Below, one piece after another: positions 51,701 to 62,169 of a stretch of 64,000 bases of DNA; the first letter of the stretch is position 1; every line of letters starts with the position of its first letter. The notes beneath the pieces are model-generated. The model worked only from the letters and a program-made list of their open reading frames with translations. It was not told the DNA's origin and made no database searches. Location of the stretch: the NCBI RefSeq assembly GCF_030684315.1, contig NC_081371.1, positions 20,455,440-20,519,439 on the forward strand, read 5' to 3'. The position numbers and the translations under genes were made by a program. This stretch comes from Stegostoma tigrinum (lineage: Eukaryota).

Positions 51701-52942
51701 TACATGTGATGTCTATGAAAACCCTTTTCAGACCTAGTTGGTCTTCAGTTCTCCAACTCTGGCTTTCTATCATGCTCTCTTCCCTTTGCCTCATTTAAAT
51801 TGTCTTAAGCCTTGTGTGAGCTTCATTTTGAAATCTCTCTGCTACTGTCTGCTTCAAAGACCTTTTTGCAGTCTATTTCTCTGTTAAAACTGGGTAAATA
51901 CAAACAGTTGTTACAATAGTTCATTGTTTTCATCACAAAACTCCACTGATTAACTAGGAGTTGTTCTCAAATTATCAGCAACTAAAACTACAGCAGAAAA
52001 TATTTAAGTTCAGCCATTCTTGACTTTTTTCAGGTTTTCCTGATAGCAGTATCATATTTGTACTATTAAATAAGTTAACACTATCAATACTTCACCCAAA
52101 TTTTACCTCCAAATGACATACAATGATCAAACAAATCTGTCCTTGGGAAGATTTAATCTAGATTGATTTGAAAGATGATACAATATTAAAAAACTTATAT
52201 TTAAATTTTAGAGTTAGTATTATTAACAGGGCAGTTCTACCTATTCAGCATATTACACTGGTTTAAATTCTTTATCAATTAACATTTGTCAGATCGATTA
52301 ACCTAAAAGCTAAGGCTGATAATACATATGGAATAAATGAGGCATGCATTTTACATAAAACAACAGTATCGCAACTTAGACTAAGTGTTTCACTGCAAGA
52401 TGGTGGACTTCTGTCACATTTGACACAGGAAATATGTGGTCCAAGTGTATGCATTAGTCTGTTCAGCTTTTTGTTTTTCCTTCCTTTAGAACAATAGCTT
52501 TTGTTTCCTTCTTATTGTATAGTGTTTGTGATTCCATTCTGACCTCTTATTCTTGTTAGATTTTCTTTTGACACTGTGAGCAGTGCTGAAATGGGACACT
52601 GTAACAGTTGCTGTGAATAAATGCCAGAAGCATTTACTCCACAAGAAGTCCTCATGTAGCAGCTTTGATTTATGATTACAGTGTTATAGAAGTTAACCGA
52701 AAACTGCAACAACCATCTCAAATTGAAAACGATATATTTATTCAACCTTGTAATTCTCTGACAAGGAAAAAATAGAGCAGAGGGTGTAATTTTAAAACAA
52801 TCCTTCAACAAAAAATATATCCTTTCATCAGACTGAGATTATTGAGTTAAATCTTTATAACTACTGTCACTGGACAGCGAATTACTGGGGTTTCCAAATC
52901 TGTGTGCATATTTCCCAATAATCCATGTTCAAATCTCCATAA

Positions 52943-53993
52943 TAACAAGGCGCAGGGCTAGATGAGCACAGCAGGCCAAGCAGCATCTTAGAAGCAGGAA
53001 AGCTGACGTTTCGGGCCTAGACCCTTCATCAGAAATGGGGGAGGGGAAGAGGGTTCTGAAATAAATAGAGAGAGAGGGGAGGCGGATCAAAGATGGATGG
53101 AGGAGAAGATAGGTGGAGAGGAGACTGACAAGTCAAAGAGGTGGGATGGAGCCAGTAAAGATGAGTGTAAGTGGGGAGTTAGGGATAGGTCAGTCCAGGT
53201 AGGATGGTCAGGTCAGGGGGGCAGGATGAGGTTAGTAGGTAGGAAATGGGGGGTGCGGCTTGAGGTGGGAGGAGGGGATAGGTGAGAGGAAGATCAGGTT
53301 AGGGAGGTGGGGACGAGCTGGGCTGGTTTTGGGACGTTGTTGGGGGTGGGGGGAGGATTTTGAAGCGAGTGAAATCCACATTTCTGATGGTCTAGGCCTG
53401 AAATGTCAGTTTTCCTGCTCCTAAGATGCTGCTTGGCCTGCTGTGCTCATCCAGCTCCACACCTTGTTATTTTTGATACCATTGGGCTGCATGGTTCCCA
53501 AGCAGAATATGAGTTGCTGTTCCTGCAACATTTAGGTGGCATCATTGTGGCACAGGAGACCCAGGATGGATATGTTGTCTGAGGAATAGGAAGGGGAGTT
53601 GAAACGGTTCACGACTGGGAGGTGCAGTTGTTTATTGCGAACCCAGCGAGGTACATACTAACCTCAACCCGCCCCTTTGACCTGTCCGTCCTCCCTAGAC
53701 TGACCTATCTCCTCCCTACCTCCACACCTACACTCACCTTTATTGGCTCCATCCGCCCCACTCTTTGACTTGTCTGTCTCCTCTCCACCTATCTTCTCCT
53801 CTATCCTTCTTCAATCCGCCTCCCCCCTCCCTAATTATTTCAGAACCCTCTTACCCTCCCCCATTTCGGATCAAGGGTCTAGGCCCAAAACGTCAACTTT
53901 CCTTCTCCTAAGATGCTGCTTGGCCTGCTGTGTTCATCCAGCTCTACACCTTGTTATCTTCAATTCTCCAGCATCTGTAGTTCCTATTATCTC
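52943..53993. mobile_element. Rearranged Neptune PLE insertion (inverted 3' ends plus an internal pLTR piece) with 15-bp TSD
   Basis: ttcaaatctccataa at 52928-52942 and 53994-54008; minus copy 52943-53650 interrupted at ~53381-53473; plus copy 53655-53993. Confidence 0.9.
53002..53035 (-). ncRNA. Minimal hammerhead ribozyme (Neptune pLTR)
   Basis: CUGAUGA-A-GGGUCUAGGCCC-GAAA-CGUC-AGC with an intact core; stem I pairing is weak. Confidence 0.7.
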
Positions 53994-54976
53994 TTCAAAT
54001 CTCCATAAGCAGGTTTCTGCCAACACACTACTTAACAGCATTAACTTTGTCACCAATCGCATCCTATGTTAATGTGAAGGTGTGATTTATCACTCTTCAT
54101 CCTGCTTATCCTCTCTGCAGCTTTTGACATTGACAATGACACAATGCTGCGCCAATATGCTTCTTTCACTTTCCAGTTTAGTTGGTCTACCCTCACTTGA
54201 TTCCACTCTTACTTATCTAATCATAGCTAGTGCATCTGATTCTCTTCTCACCCTAGCATCATTATCTGCAGAATCCACCAACACTGGGAAGGTGTTAAAT
54301 AGGAAATTAGAGATGCATGCAATAAAGATACAGTTACGGTTATGGACAACTTTAATCTGTACGTAGATTGAGCAAGTCAAATCAGTAACAATACCATCGG
54401 GAAGGAATTCCTAAAGTGTATATGAGATGGTTTTCTGCAATAACAAACAGAGGAAACAACCAGAGAGCAGGTCATCCCAGACTGGGTATGAGGTAATGAG
54501 AAAGGTATAAATCATAGTCAGGCTGTCTGAAATGGTTTGGGAAAAATGACCATAATATGATGATGGATATGCAATGCCAAACATTTAAATAGCTAATGGA
54601 GGGACTGCAACAATTGTTTATTCCAGTTTTGCACAAAAATAAAATGGAAAAGGTGCCCAATCATGATTAACACGGAAAATTAAAAATAGTGATAGATCTA
54701 AGGATGGGGCATACAGACTGGCCAAAAAAGTAACAGACCTGAGTATCAGGAGCAGGTTAGATTTCAGCAAAGAAGGACAAAGGGATTAATTAAGATGGGG
54801 AATATAGAGTATAAGAGTAAGTTTGCAAGGAATATACAAATTATTTGTAAAACCTTTTATTGATATGTGAAGAGAAAGTATTTCATGAAGACAGATGTAG
54901 GTCCCTTAGAGTTAGAAACAGGGAAAGTTATAATGGGGAATAAAGACATGGCAGACCAAGTAAGTACACAGTTTGG

Positions 54977-55114
54977 GATAGTAGGAACTGCTGATGCTGG
55001 AGAATCAGATAACAAGGTGTACCTGCATGAACACAGCAGGCCAAACAGCATCAGAGGAGCAGAAAAACTGATGTTTTGGCCTGCTGTGTTCATCCAACTC
55101 TACACCTTGTTATC
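54977..55114. mobile_element. Inverted Neptune pLTR mini-insertion with ~16-bp TSD
   Basis: taagtacacagtttgg (54961-54976) and taagtacatattttgg (55115-55130). Confidence 0.8.
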
Positions 55115-55229
55115 TAAGTACATATTTTGGTTTTGCTTCAAAGGATGACACAAATTGTGTTCCAAAAATGTTGGGGATCACAAGGTATTGAGAGATGAAT
55201 GAATTGAAAGAAATCAGTTTTGGTAGGGA

Positions 55230-55440
55230 TAATGGGAACTTCAGATGCTGGAGAATCCGAGATAACAAAGTGTGGAGCTGGATGAACACAGCAAGCCAAG
55301 CAGCATCTTAGGAGTACAAAAAGCTGACATTTCGGGCCTAGACTCTTCAAGAAGGGTCTAGGCCCGAAATGTCAGCTTTTGTGCTCCTAAAATGCTGCTA
55401 GGCCTGCTGTGTTCATCCAGCTCCACACTTTGTTGTCTTA
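55230..55440. mobile_element. Inverted Neptune pLTR mini-insertion (near-palindrome) with 11-bp TSD
   Basis: tttggtaggga at 55219-55229 and 55443-55453; centre of symmetry at ~55349-55350. Confidence 0.88.
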
Positions 55441-56639
55441 GGTTTGGTAGGGAAATGGTTTTGGGGAAATTGATAGGATTAAAGGCCAATAAATCCCCAG
55501 TGGCTGATAACCTACATCCTACAATACTCAAGGAAGTGGTCCGAGAAATAATGGATGCATTGGTGGTCACCTTTCAAGATTCTATTGGCTCTAGTCTGGA
55601 ACGGTTTCTAAGAATAAAGTAGCGAATTATAGATCAGTGAGCCTGACATCAATAGTAGAGATAATGCTGGAAAAAATTTAATGGTAAAAAACTTGGAAAA
55701 TTGTATCAGAATCAGACAAAGTTAGCTGAGATTTATGAAAGGGAAATCATGCTTGATAAATCATATCTACTCATATTTTTTGAAGATGTAACTAGTATAG
55801 TTGATAAAGTTGGATTCAGTAGATGTGGTTTACTTGGATTTTCAAAATGTTTTCGATAAGGTTCCCCATAAGAGATTAGCATGTAAAATTAAAGCATGTG
55901 GGATTGAGGCTAATGCATTGACATGGATAGAGAACTGGCTGACAGACAGGAAACAAAGAATAGGAATAAACCTTTTCTGAGTTGCAGGTGGTGACGAGTG
56001 GGGTACCACAGGGATCAGTGCTTGGGCTCCACCTATTTACAATATACATTAAATATTTAGATGAGGCAACTAACCGTAAGAGGTGTTGAACTATGAGAAG
56101 GATGCTGAAATGCATCAGCGCGATTTGGGTAAATTGAGCAAGTAGATGAAGTACTGTGTGGATAAATGTGAGGTTGCACTTTGGTACCAAAAAAAAGGAC
56201 AGTTTATTATCTAAACGGTAATATATTTAAAAAGGGGGAAGGTGCATCAAAACCTGTGTGTACCTGTACACCAGTTGCTTAAAGTAAGCATGCAGCTGCA
56301 GCAGGTGTCAAAGAAGGCAACTTGTATGTCAGCCTTTGCAACAAGCGGGTTTAAAAACAGGAGCGTGAATGTCTTGCTGCAATTGTATGGAACACTGGCA
56401 AACTATACCTTGAGAAGTAGGTGTGCAGTTTTGGTTTTCTTAACTGAGGAAGAATGTTCTGGCTACGGAGGCAGCACAACAAATGTTCACCAGACTGATT
56501 CCTGGCATGGCAGGACTGATAGTATGAACAGAGAATGGATCAGTTAGGACAATATTCACTGGAGATTAGAAGAATGATGGGGAGGGAGATCTCATTTAAA
56601 TCTATGAAATTCAAATAGGATTTGACATAGTAAACAGTG

Positions 56640-58305
56640 CAAAGGATAAGCTGAAGCATTCGCTGCAATCTTCAGCCAGAAGTACTGAGCGGATAAACCG
56701 TCTCAGCCTCTTTCAATTGTCCCCCAACATCGTAGATATCAGCCTTCAGTCAAGTCAATTCACTCCTTGCGACATCAAGGAACAGTCGTATGCATTGGAA
56801 ATTGCGAAGTCAAAGGCTCTGACAACATTCCAGCAACAGTACTGAAGACCTGTGCTCCTCAACTTACTGCTCCCCTTGCCAAGTGGTTCAGTACAGTTGC
56901 ACTGGCATCTAGTTAACAATGTGGAAAATTGTCCAATAACGCCTTATACAAAAAAACTGGCCAACTACCAATCTGTCTGTCTATTCGCAATCATCATTAA
57001 GGAGATGGAAGGTGTCACCAACTATCAAGCAGCACTGTTCAGCAATAACTTGCTCAGTGATGCCTGGTTTAGGTTTTGCCAGGGCCACTCAGATCCTGAC
57101 CTCATTACAGCCTTCATTCAAATACGGACAAAGAACTGAATTTCAGAGTGGAGGTGAGAGTGACAGCCCTTGAGAAGTATGCTGCATTTGAATGACTGTG
57201 GCATTAAGGAGCCCTAGCAAAACTGGGATCAATAGGTATCACAGGGCAAACTCTCCGCTGGGTGGAGTCACATTTCGCACACAGGAAGATGACTGTTGAT
57301 GCTGGAGATCAGTCATCCCATCTGCAGGCCATTTCTGCATGAATTTCTCAGACTAGGCCCAACCATCTTCGGCTGCTTCATCAATGTCATTCCCTGCATC
57401 ATGAGATCAGAAACGTGAATGTTTACAGATGACTGCACAATATTCAACACCATTTATGACTCCTCAGATACAGGAGCAGTCCGTGCACAAATGTAACAAG
57501 ATCTGGACAATATCCAGACTTGGGCTGACAAATGGCAAGTAACATTTGCACCTTGAAAATGCCAGACAGTGATTTTCTCCAATAAGAGATAATCAAACAA
57601 CTACCCCTTGACATTCAATGGTGTTACCATCACCAAATCGCTTTCTCCTTATCAACATCCTTGGGGTAACCACTGATTGGAAACAGAACCGGGCTCATTA
57701 CATAAACACAAGAGGTTAGGGGCTATAGGTGCGGGGAATAATTCAGCTCATGACTCCCTAAATCCTATCTACCATCTACAAGGTTTAAGAAATGAGTGTG
57801 ATGGAATATTCCCCACTTGCCTGATAGGTGCAGTTCCAACAACACTCAAAAAGCTTGACACCATTCAGGCCAAAGCAGCCCATTTGATTGGCATCACATC
57901 CACTAGCATCTGCTCCCTCCACAACTTAAATTCAGTAGCAGCAGTGGGTACTGTCTACAAGATGCACTCCAGAAATTGATCAAAGATCCTTAGACAGCAT
58001 CTTCCAAACCCACAACCACCTTCATTTGGAAGGATAAGAGCACCAGATACAAAGCAACACCATCACCTACAAGTTTCCCCTCCAAGCCACTCACCACTGA
58101 ATCGGAAATGTATTGTCGTTCCTTTGATGTTGCTGGTTCAAAATCCTTGTAGCCCCTCCCTAAGGCTATTATGGGCCATCCCATATCACATGGACAGCTG
58201 TGGTTCAAGGTGGCAGCTCACCATCACATTCTCAAAGGCAACTCAGATAGGCAATAAATGCTGGCCAGCCAGCAAGACCCACATCCCACGAGTGAATAAA
58301 AGAAA
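56640..58305 (+). mobile_element. CR1/L2-group LINE nested in the CR1
   Basis: DNIPATVLKTCAPQL, FRFCQGHSDPDLITA, APTTLKKLDTIQAKAAHLIG-like motifs; tail ending gtgaataaaagaaaa. Confidence 0.8.
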
Positions 58306-59299
58306 ATAATATTTCCAATGTCTGGAGAGTCCAGAACAAGTGGTCACTGCCTAAATATACACGGTTGGTCATTTAGGACTGAGAAGAGGAGAAAGTTCCT
58401 CACCCAGACAGCAGTGAACCTGTGGAATTCTATGTCACAAGAAGTGGCTGTGGCCAACACATGCAACGTTTTCAAGGAGTAAAATATAGTTCTTAGGGTT
58501 AATGGGGTAAAATGGTATGGGGAGAAAGCAGGAACAAGGTGCTGAGTTGGATGATCAGCCATGATCATATTGAATGGTAGAGTAGGCTTCAAGCCAAATA
58601 GCCTACTCCTGCTCATATTTTCAATTTCTCCTTATAAAATATTGGCCTGGTAAAAGGCCATTCATATATCCTCTTAACTAGAAGGTTTACAATTAAAGCA
58701 AATTAGTCGATTTTTAAAAAAAATTCTCTTGATCTTACTGCAATGTCTTCACGTACAATTACATTGCAAACATCGTGCTTGCATTCAAGAGCTCGTCCAT
58801 CGTCGTGTATTTCTGCTGCTGAAAGTTAAAGCTAACCGAAGAAAGCAGCGTAGTCGAACGAAAATGAACGAGCAAATTAGGTTTTCAGAAGGATTTAACT
58901 ATGTATTTTACTTTGTTCACTATGATGGTGCAATATCCAGTGCGGTAGTTTTAACGAGGCCGAGCAGGTCCTGAATAAACAGAAATTGAAACAGAAATTA
59001 ATTTTGATGAATTTTACGCACCCAGAATGCTTTTAATCAGCTTCTCATTCTAGATTCTGAACCCTCTCAGTGCGCTGTATGTTAATTCAGATGTATGTTT
59101 GTTCTGGAATTACTTACGAAGGTTTTATTTCACTTATATTTCATTTGGAGAATCACCATCCAGGAGAGAATCTATCACGCCACCATGCAACGATGTACGA
59201 TTTATTGAATTTAAAACCTGTGCATTTCAGAAGGAATGTGCAGTTGGAGAAGATCATTGCCTATTTTAATAAATATAATCTTTTCCGCCTTCAATAACC

Positions 59300-59700
59300 A
59301 AAGCTTCCAAAACCAGCCTCGCCCCCTCCCCTGGTACCCACAGCTCATCCTTTTCCGTCCTCCTATTGTCCATATCACGTGCTCAGCTCAACGCTCCCAC
59401 AGAGACGCAAAGTGGGCGGAATAAATAAACGCCAACCAACTGAAATGTTCTCGTAGCATGATGGGAACTGTAGTTCCGTTTTTGCGTGTTTCAAATCGAA
59501 CTATGTGCCAACACTGCTAATTGTAATGGAAAAACTACGTTTCCCAATTGGCTGTGCGGTGGTGTTGCGCATGTGAATGGGTTGCCTTGAGCTCGAGCAC
59601 TCAGCTTCTCGGAAAGTGCCAGTAAGTGAGTTAGAGGCAGTGTATCCGCCATTTACAGTTGGGAGGAAGAACGTGTCTATTTTCGAGCTGAGAGATTCGC
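59300..59700 (+). promoter_or_regulatory. WNK1 CpG-rich promoter: GC boxes, E-box, two ZNF143-type motifs, CCAAT, NRF1-like site
   Basis: CACGTG ~59376; GGGCGG ~59414; gcatgatgggaactgtagtt 59456-59475 (reverse complement AACTACAGTTCCCATCATGC); aactacgtttccca 59533-59546; CCAATTGG 59544-59551; TGCGCATGTG 59566-59575. Confidence 0.7.
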
Positions 59701-60000
59701 CTGTTTTACCTTCTTTGCCCCCCTCCCCCGTTCTGTGTGGGGGGCCCGGGCTTGGGTCTACGATACTTGTTCGTTAAGGAAACCGGCTGGGCGTATTTTT
59801 TATTTGAAAAGTCGATTCCAGTACAAGAGGAAGAGAAGAAGCCGGGATGTTACGTATGTGGACAGCTCTGCAGTGAGCCTCTCCCCCGGCAGATCGACCT
59901 TACCCTGGGGTTTTCTATTGTTGCAGCATCCCGGCCTAGTCCATCTGGCAGCCTGCACGTCTGTCGGCTATTTAAATTTTGGTGACTTTTCTTTAAAACC

Positions 60001-60030
60001 ATGGGCATCGCATCCATTTTGAAAGCTTGA
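60001..60030 (+). other. Upstream ORF (MGIASILKA*) in the presumed WNK1 5' leader
   Basis: AAACC-ATG-G optimal Kozak context; TGA at 60028-60030. Confidence 0.5.
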
Positions 60031-60671
60031 AAGAGCAGAACCTTATGGCATCGACGGGGCAGTCGTGGCGTTGTATATTATCTGTGCTTAAAATAAACCG
60101 ACGCATTTCCATAACCGTGGAATTGTTCTAGTGAGGGAACAGAAACTAGCAGCATCGCTGAAAGGGATTGTTGCGTTGATTGTCCCTTTTTTTGTTCTGG
60201 CCGTTTTAAAGTATATTATTTTTGGAGTTAATCCGGGAATAAGGAACTGTTTTGGCTTTGTTTATATCGGTTGGATTTTCATTTTCATTTTAAATTTCTT
60301 TATCGCCCTTTTGAGAAATGAAGACTGGATGAAAATTGTTCGAAATTTTTAATTAAGGATGGATGGATCACAACAGATGATCCATGTTTATGTCGCTGCG
60401 TTGCAACTGATTGAGTTGGACAATATTGCGTATCTCATTTTTTATATCGGAACGCTTCAGTTCCAGGGACCCGACTGTTTGCGCAAACATAACAGGGAAT
60501 TATTTTGACTTCTCAAAGAAAATCAGGTTGCATTTGTCTTTACGCGTAATTGGTACTTTTTATTGCATTTCAACCATTTGACCGGCAGTGTGCTTCGCGT
60601 TGAAATCTTGTTTGAAGAGAAACCACTGAATTCTTCTGGGGAAGTCTTTTGGGAATTGAGTTTTTGTGGAA

Positions 60672-61478
60672 ATGTCGGAAAACGCAGACAATGTTGGGTC
60701 TTTGTTGCGCCCCCCTAAAAATGGTACCAATTCGAGTTCAGATACGACAATAGGGGAGCGTTTTGGAGTAAGTTTGAGAAAAAAAGAAGAGTTTAAGGCT
60801 CTTAGGAGGCGGCGACATACTATGGATAAGGACAGCAAAGCAGAGCACCAACGTTTTATCAGGAGAAGTGTGATCTGTGATTCCAACGTTACAGCGTTGG
60901 ACCATCTGCCCAGTAAGACATGTATTATCGTTTCGCCACCCGAATCGGATAATGCAGCTTCATTAATAAGCAGTATTACTATTAATAACGAAGCGCAACC
61001 TCCTGTACAAGCTACGACAGTTGACTCGGTCACTGCGGCAATTCCTGTTTTTGCCGGAGAAAAATGTGAAAAGTGCGTTGATGGCAATACGAAGGATGGA
61101 AGCACAGTTGCTGGAATTGGCGATGAACGACCGAGAACTGCTGTTCGTTCGCTCGATGCCGATGTTTGCAACCATGCAGGGACTACAACCAGTAGCAGCA
61201 AAGACAGAAAAAAACAAAAATCAGTTCCAATTAAAGAGGAAACCGAGTTGAAAGCTAACGATGATGATAGTTCAGAGAGCAAAGAAGCGGAAGAGGCAAA
61301 AAATCAGGAGAGGAAGGCGCAAGAAGATAATGAAGAAATAGAGACTAAGGCTGTGGCAACCTCCCCCGATGGGAGGTTTTTGAAGTTCGATATAGAAATT
61401 GGGAGAGGTTCTTTCAAAACCGTCTATAAAGGTCTAGACACAGAAACTACAGTGGAAGTAGCTTGGTGTGAATTGCAG
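60672..61478 (+). CDS. WNK1: Serine/threonine-protein kinase WNK1, coding exon 1 (269 codons; the gene continues beyond the window)
   Basis: WNK1-specific [11 protein letters not shown] and [16 protein letters not shown]; kinase start [37 protein letters not shown] with the WNK-type Lys in GSFK and Cys in VAWC; in-frame TGA at 60657; CAG|GTAAGT donor at 61478/61479. Confidence 0.96.
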
Positions 61479-62050
61479 GTAAGTTGTGTATTTTTGTTGT
61501 CGGCACGTTTGTCTTCATTGGGAAGACTAGCCACTTCATTTAAATCCTTGTTGCATTAGTATTTGTATTTTCAAAGAAATTTAACTACCAAAGGATAGTT
61601 TGATATGAGCTGAATGGCCACCTTCTGCCCTGTATCATTGCTGTGATTCTGAAAGAAGTGGTGTGCAGACCTTAAAATTAAAGGTGGCAATATAATTCAT
61701 TGACACTTGCCAATTAGAAGCATAATTTAGAATCTGAAAGCTTTTTTTTAGTATTATTAAGGGATTCATTCCCAGGGTACTAACAACTTGTGTCCCATTA
61801 AAACCTGCTGTGATTTTTCTTCATTTTGACAACTTCTTGTTCAGGTTTGATATGGTCTTGAACATTGATACCTTTGACCATGAATGCTGAATAAATTTGA
61901 TATTTCCACAAGAATGATTTTGAATAGAGCTTGCTGGACTATATTTTGAATTGAAAATTGTGTTTTACCTCCCTCTCTCTCCTCCTCATCCTCATTCTCT
62001 CACAGCGGGTTGGCATGGTATGAGGTGTTAAGACTGGTGTATTTCTGTCA

Positions 62051-62169
62051 GAGATAATGGGAACTGCAGATGCTGGCGATTCCAAGACAATAAAATGTGA
62101 GGCTGGATGAACACAGCAGGCCAAGCAGCATCCCAGGAGCACAAAAGCCGACGCTTCGGGCCTAGACCC
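62051..62169 (-). mobile_element. Neptune pLTR fragment in WNK1 intron 1 with 8-bp TSD
   Basis: ttctgtca at 62043-62050 and 62170-62177; truncated in the hammerhead core. Confidence 0.85.

Larger units (their letters stand above)
54290..58630 (+). mobile_element. Long degenerate CR1 LINE (ORF2 to 3' end) hosting nested insertions
   Basis: LGKLIGLKANKSPVADNLHPTILKEV, VYLDFQNVFDKVPH, SGVPQGSVLG motifs; resumes at ~58310 after a nested LINE. Confidence 0.85.

Noticed and set aside
60131-60352. 73-aa two-TM micropeptide as an independent gene
   Set aside because: GTG start, and the hydrophobicity follows from T-rich sequence; kept only as part of the uORF finding.
60560-61282. 240-aa antisense ORF over WNK1 exon 1
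   Set aside because: Shadow frame of the WNK1 coding strand, non-ATG start, no recognisable domain.
60672-61478. Assignment to WNK2, WNK3 or WNK4 because of the [10 protein letters not shown] segment
   Set aside because: The N-terminal [11 protein letters not shown] and RRSVICDSN motifs and the ETTVEVAW segment match WNK1.
61479-61559. ORF-track extension VSCVFLL... after WCELQ
   Set aside because: Read-through into intron 1 past a consensus CAG|GTAAGT donor at the conserved WNK exon boundary.
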